NCBI GenBank assembly: GCA_963743525.1
Contig: CAVUQH010000008.1
Location: forward strand, 1 to 64,000
Source of the DNA: an uncultured delta proteobacterium
Lineage (GTDB): Bacteria; Myxococcota_A; Polyangia; Haliangiales; Haliangiaceae
Length of the DNA: 64,000 nt
Direction of reading: 5' to 3'
Shown here: positions 62,313 through 64,000 of the stretch, piece by piece
Layout of the letters: each line of letters starts with the position of its first letter
Position numbering within the stretch: position 1 is the stretch's first letter
Translations under genes and position numbers: made by a program
Notes under the pieces: model-generated
Databases searched by the model: none
Seen by the model: only the letters and a program-made list of their open reading frames with translations
Told to the model about the DNA's origin: nothing

Positions 62313-62774
62313 ATGCCCAGGCCGCGTCCGGATGCGGTGTTCATACCCAAGGTCAGCTGGACCGCGCGCAACGCGCCATCCACGGTGGCCTACGGCGCCC
62401 TCGTCGGCACGCCGTCCACGATCATCCTGCTGCCGCGGTCGGGAACCGAGACCGCCGGTTTCACCCTGACGTTGCAGTGGAGCGAAGGCGGCGTTACGGC
62501 CGACGACATCCAGCGGTTCCTCTCCGACGCGGAGCGGCCGCTGAGCGAGATCGAAGCCACGCTGATCGACAACCTGCCGGAGTGGCAGACCAGGTGTGTT
62601 TTCCCGGTGGCAGAGCTGTCCCGGCTGGAGGTCCTGTCCGGCTGGAAGCTGTGGCTGGGATTGTCCGCCGTGTTGCAGGTGGGCGAGGAATCGCCCGTGT
62701 CACTGCGCGTGGCCAACAAGGCCCACCTGGGCGAGCTGCGCGAGATGTACCGAGATGCGCAGCGGCGCCGGTAG
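62313..62774 (+). CDS. Hypothetical protein
   Basis: Gene-like codon usage, no recognised motif. Confidence 0.6.
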   Translation: MPRPRPDAVFIPKVSWTARNAPSTVAYGALVGTPSTIILLPRSGTETAGFTLTLQWSEGGVTADDIQRFLSDAERPLSEIEATLIDNLPEWQTRCVFPVAELSRLEVLSGWKLWLGLSAVLQVGEESPVSLRVANKAHLGELREMYRDAQRRR

Positions 62775-62813
62775 ACGCTTGCCGCGCCGGCGCCGTCGTG
62801 ACCAGAATTGGCC

Positions 62814-63689
62814 ATGGTGACGACGGCGGCGCAGGGAAACGCCTCGGCGATCGAGGCCTGGAACACGGTCCTCTTCGAGAAGTTTTGCCGGTACTTCGAC
62901 CTGCTCACCGACGGGTTGGGGCAGCACGGCTCGAAGTTGTTCGAGACCTTCCCGCCTCGTCCCGGCACGCGGGTCGTCAACATCGGCTGCGGCTTCGGTG
63001 ATACCGCGGTGCAGCTGGCGGAGCTGCTGGGCGACGAGGGCGAGGTGGTCGGGGTCGATTGCGCCGAGAACTTCGTCACCACCGCCGGCGAACGCGCCCG
63101 CGAGCAGGGCGCCCGTGGGGTCCGTTTCATCCGCGCCGATGTGCAGATGGACGAGCTCGGCGGACCGTACGACGCCGCCTACTCGCGCTTCGGCACCATG
63201 TTCTTCGACAATCCGGTGGCCGCCCTGCGCAACATCCGCCGGTCGCTGGTGCCCGGCGGAGCCCTGCACATGTCGGTGTGGCGCAAGCGCCAGGACAACC
63301 CGTGCTTCTACATTGCCCAGCAGGTGGTCGAGCAGTTCATCACCGCCGAAGACAAGGCCACCGACCAGGTGACCTGCGGGCCCGGGCCGTTCTCGATGGC
63401 CGGTCCCGACATGGTCAGTGACCAGCTGTTGGCGGCCGGCTTCACCGAGCCGTCGTTCCTCCGCTTCGACGCGCCAATGTGCATCGGCCGCGACCTCGAT
63501 CAGGCGCTGGCGTTCGCCCGCGACCTGGGCCCGGCGGGCGAATCGATCCGGCTGGCCAGCGAAAAGGCCGGCAGCAACGCCGCCGAAATCGAGGAGGCGC
63601 TGCGCCGGGCATTCGCGCCGTTCGTGCGCGACGACGGCGTCTGGGCGACCTCGAGTACCTGGCTGGTTCGCGCCAGCGCGGCGGCCTAG
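62814..63689 (+). CDS. Class I SAM-dependent methyltransferase
   Basis: VNIGCGFG, VGVD, SRFGTMFF.NP, LVPGG, GPGPFS. Confidence 0.92.
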   Translation: MVTTAAQGNASAIEAWNTVLFEKFCRYFDLLTDGLGQHGSKLFETFPPRPGTRVVNIGCGFGDTAVQLAELLGDEGEVVGVDCAENFVTTAGERAREQGARGVRFIRADVQMDELGGPYDAAYSRFGTMFFDNPVAALRNIRRSLVPGGALHMSVWRKRQDNPCFYIAQQVVEQFITAEDKATDQVTCGPGPFSMAGPDMVSDQLLAAGFTEPSFLRFDAPMCIGRDLDQALAFARDLGPAGESIRLASEKAGSNAAEIEEALRRAFAPFVRDDGVWATSSTWLVRASAAA

Positions 63690-64000
63690 CCGAAGCGGAC
63701 GCTGTAGACCGGCGGCAGGTTGTTGGCCACCGTCACCCAGCTGTCGCCGCGGTTCTCGCTGAGGTAGAGGTTGCCGGTGGTGCTGCCGAACGCCAGGCAG
63801 TCGTCGCTGTTGTGCAGCGCGTGGCGGTAGACCACGTCATAGGCGTTTTCCTGCGGCAGTCCTTCGCGCAGCTGCTCCCAGCTCTCGCCGCCGTCGTTGG
63901 TGCGGGCGACGAATAGCGCGCCGTCGATGGCCATGCGCGCGAAGTCGGACTTGCCGGGCACGACCCAGGCGGTCTTGCCGTCGTCGGCATCGACCGCGAT
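63686..64000 (-). CDS. BNR/Asp-box beta-propeller protein (3' part, runs off right edge)
   Basis: RTNDGGESW, GLP, VYRH, FGSTTG..SENRGDSW, LPPVYSVRF. Confidence 0.85.
   Translation of the reverse strand: MAVDADDGKTAWVVPGKSDFARMAIDGALFVARTNDGGESWEQLREGLPQENAYDVVYRHALHNSDDCLAFGSTTGNLYLSENRGDSWVTVANNLPPVYSVRFG

Overview
GC-rich bacterial window, most consistent with a myxobacterium (inferred from a MYXO-CTERM sorting signal, several Ser/Thr kinase-AAA proteins and sigma54 promoters). It holds about 55 mostly unlinked accessory genes. I found no rRNA, tRNA, CRISPR array or intact mobile element. The strongest signal is absent from the ORF track: two genes carry an in-frame TGA exactly at a catalytic Cys position, each followed by a hairpin, so both are probable selenoproteins. 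One is a MerB/alkylmercury-lyase-family protein (22793-23458) and the other an ArsC-family reductase (61864-62247). Other notable items: an uncharacterised three-gene operon (16024-22299; shared helical repeat module, HEAT/BRCT-like protein, large TPR protein); a metal-uptake operon with two permeases and no ATPase; a crotonyl-CoA carboxylase/reductase fused to CBS domains behind a perfect palindrome; tandem PPi-type phosphofructokinases; a CarH-like regulator lacking the lower cobalt-ligand His; and several gene remnants. At least six small-indel frameshifts suggest sequencing or assembly errors. All product calls come from motif recognition by eye, not database searches.
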